From Microthyrium microscopicum (Eukaryota), in contig MU004242.1 of NCBI GenBank assembly GCA_010405405.1, positions 407,751 to 471,750 of the forward strand: a stretch of 64,000 nt of DNA, read 5' to 3'. Below the pieces are notes generated by a model. It was not told the DNA's origin and searched no databases. It worked only from the letters and a program-made list of their open reading frames with translations. The translations under genes were made by a program, and so were the position numbers. Below, one piece after another: positions 63,117 to 64,000 of the stretch. Within the stretch, counting starts at the first letter, position 1. Each line of letters begins with the position of its first letter.

Positions 63117-64000
63117 CTTGTTTGGTTATTGCTCGTTGTCTTCGTAAATGGAACGGTGATGCTACCTCCAGGCGTTCTCGGAATTTGCAGATGCAGCAGA
63201 GAATTTTTATGTTCGGCAGCTGGAGCCGCGTTGGGAGCCTTGGATGATACGACTACCCCACTGTAAGGGAAAGAGCTTTTCAATGGAAGGAGCGACTGTC
63301 GATGGCCAACCTTCCAGCCAATCAAAAGCTATCAATCTCAGCCTTGCAGCCTCCAACACGGCTAGCCCAATCAGGCTAGGCATCAGTTTCGAAATCCTAC
63401 GTCACCAGCATCTCCAAAAGAAATTCCCACGTTCTCTTGCGCCTCCAGTCTAGACATTTGCATGGAGATGTATAGGAGCTATGCGTAACTAGTTTGAGAT
63501 ATAGGAAAAGGTACGCGAAGTAGGTGGTGGCGAACTAAAGATTCCATTTTGCTTGGCTGCGCCACATTCCGCGTGTTTGGAGATGCAGGTGTCGCGTGCG
63601 CTGATGATGGGAAATGCTCGATGGACTTTGATATCAGATCCCGGATGTTATGGTTTGTGGTGCTCGGAATATCGCCTGGTTCAGGGACCGGTCGGCTGCA
63701 GAATGGGTGTAAGTCCGAAAGACGCACTATTAGGATGGTCTTCACTAATAGGATGTTGGGACGCTGTTTGATATATTCGAAAACGTGTTAATTCTTCTCT
63801 ATGAGAGGCTAGTTCTACGTGCACTTGAAGCCGGGTGATCATATTGATGGGATGTAGAACGTTTCGCGGACTGTTGCATAGCACTTAGCTATGAGAAGAA
63901 TTCTTCCCGCTACAACGAAAAAGCGAGAGTTTTGTAATGTCATCTGGTCTTATAGACCTAGAGTACTTGATATCAATACTGTCAATTCCAAGGAGGTTCT

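Overview
This is a eukaryotic window from a filamentous ascomycete (Pezizomycotina), judged from GT-AG introns with CTRAC branch sites and a RIP-mutated transposon. The ORF track fragments most genes, so exon structures were rebuilt by hand. 1-10.6 kb: tandem array of five divergent F-box-like paralogues sharing an unrecognised C-terminal motif (two are frameshifted), with an unrelated F-box gene inside the array. 11.4-41.6 kb: conserved genes (DDHD phospholipase A1, stuA, TIM17, Ssr4, secreted tyrosinase, Ariadne RBR E3), with about 13.5 kb lacking any recognisable intact gene upstream of stuA. 46-61 kb: an apparent copper/nickel island. It holds two genes absent from the ORF track: a 7-exon secreted 96-aa protein built of [DE][IVL]R[QS]G[HR]Q heptads and a 27-aa Cu-metallothionein. 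It also holds a ferric/cupric reductase, a NiCoT transporter and a Ctr copper transporter with Mac1-type promoter sites. Three side-by-side TA-targeting DNA transposons interrupt the island. A final F-box gene ends the window. No databases were searched; family calls rest on recognised motifs.
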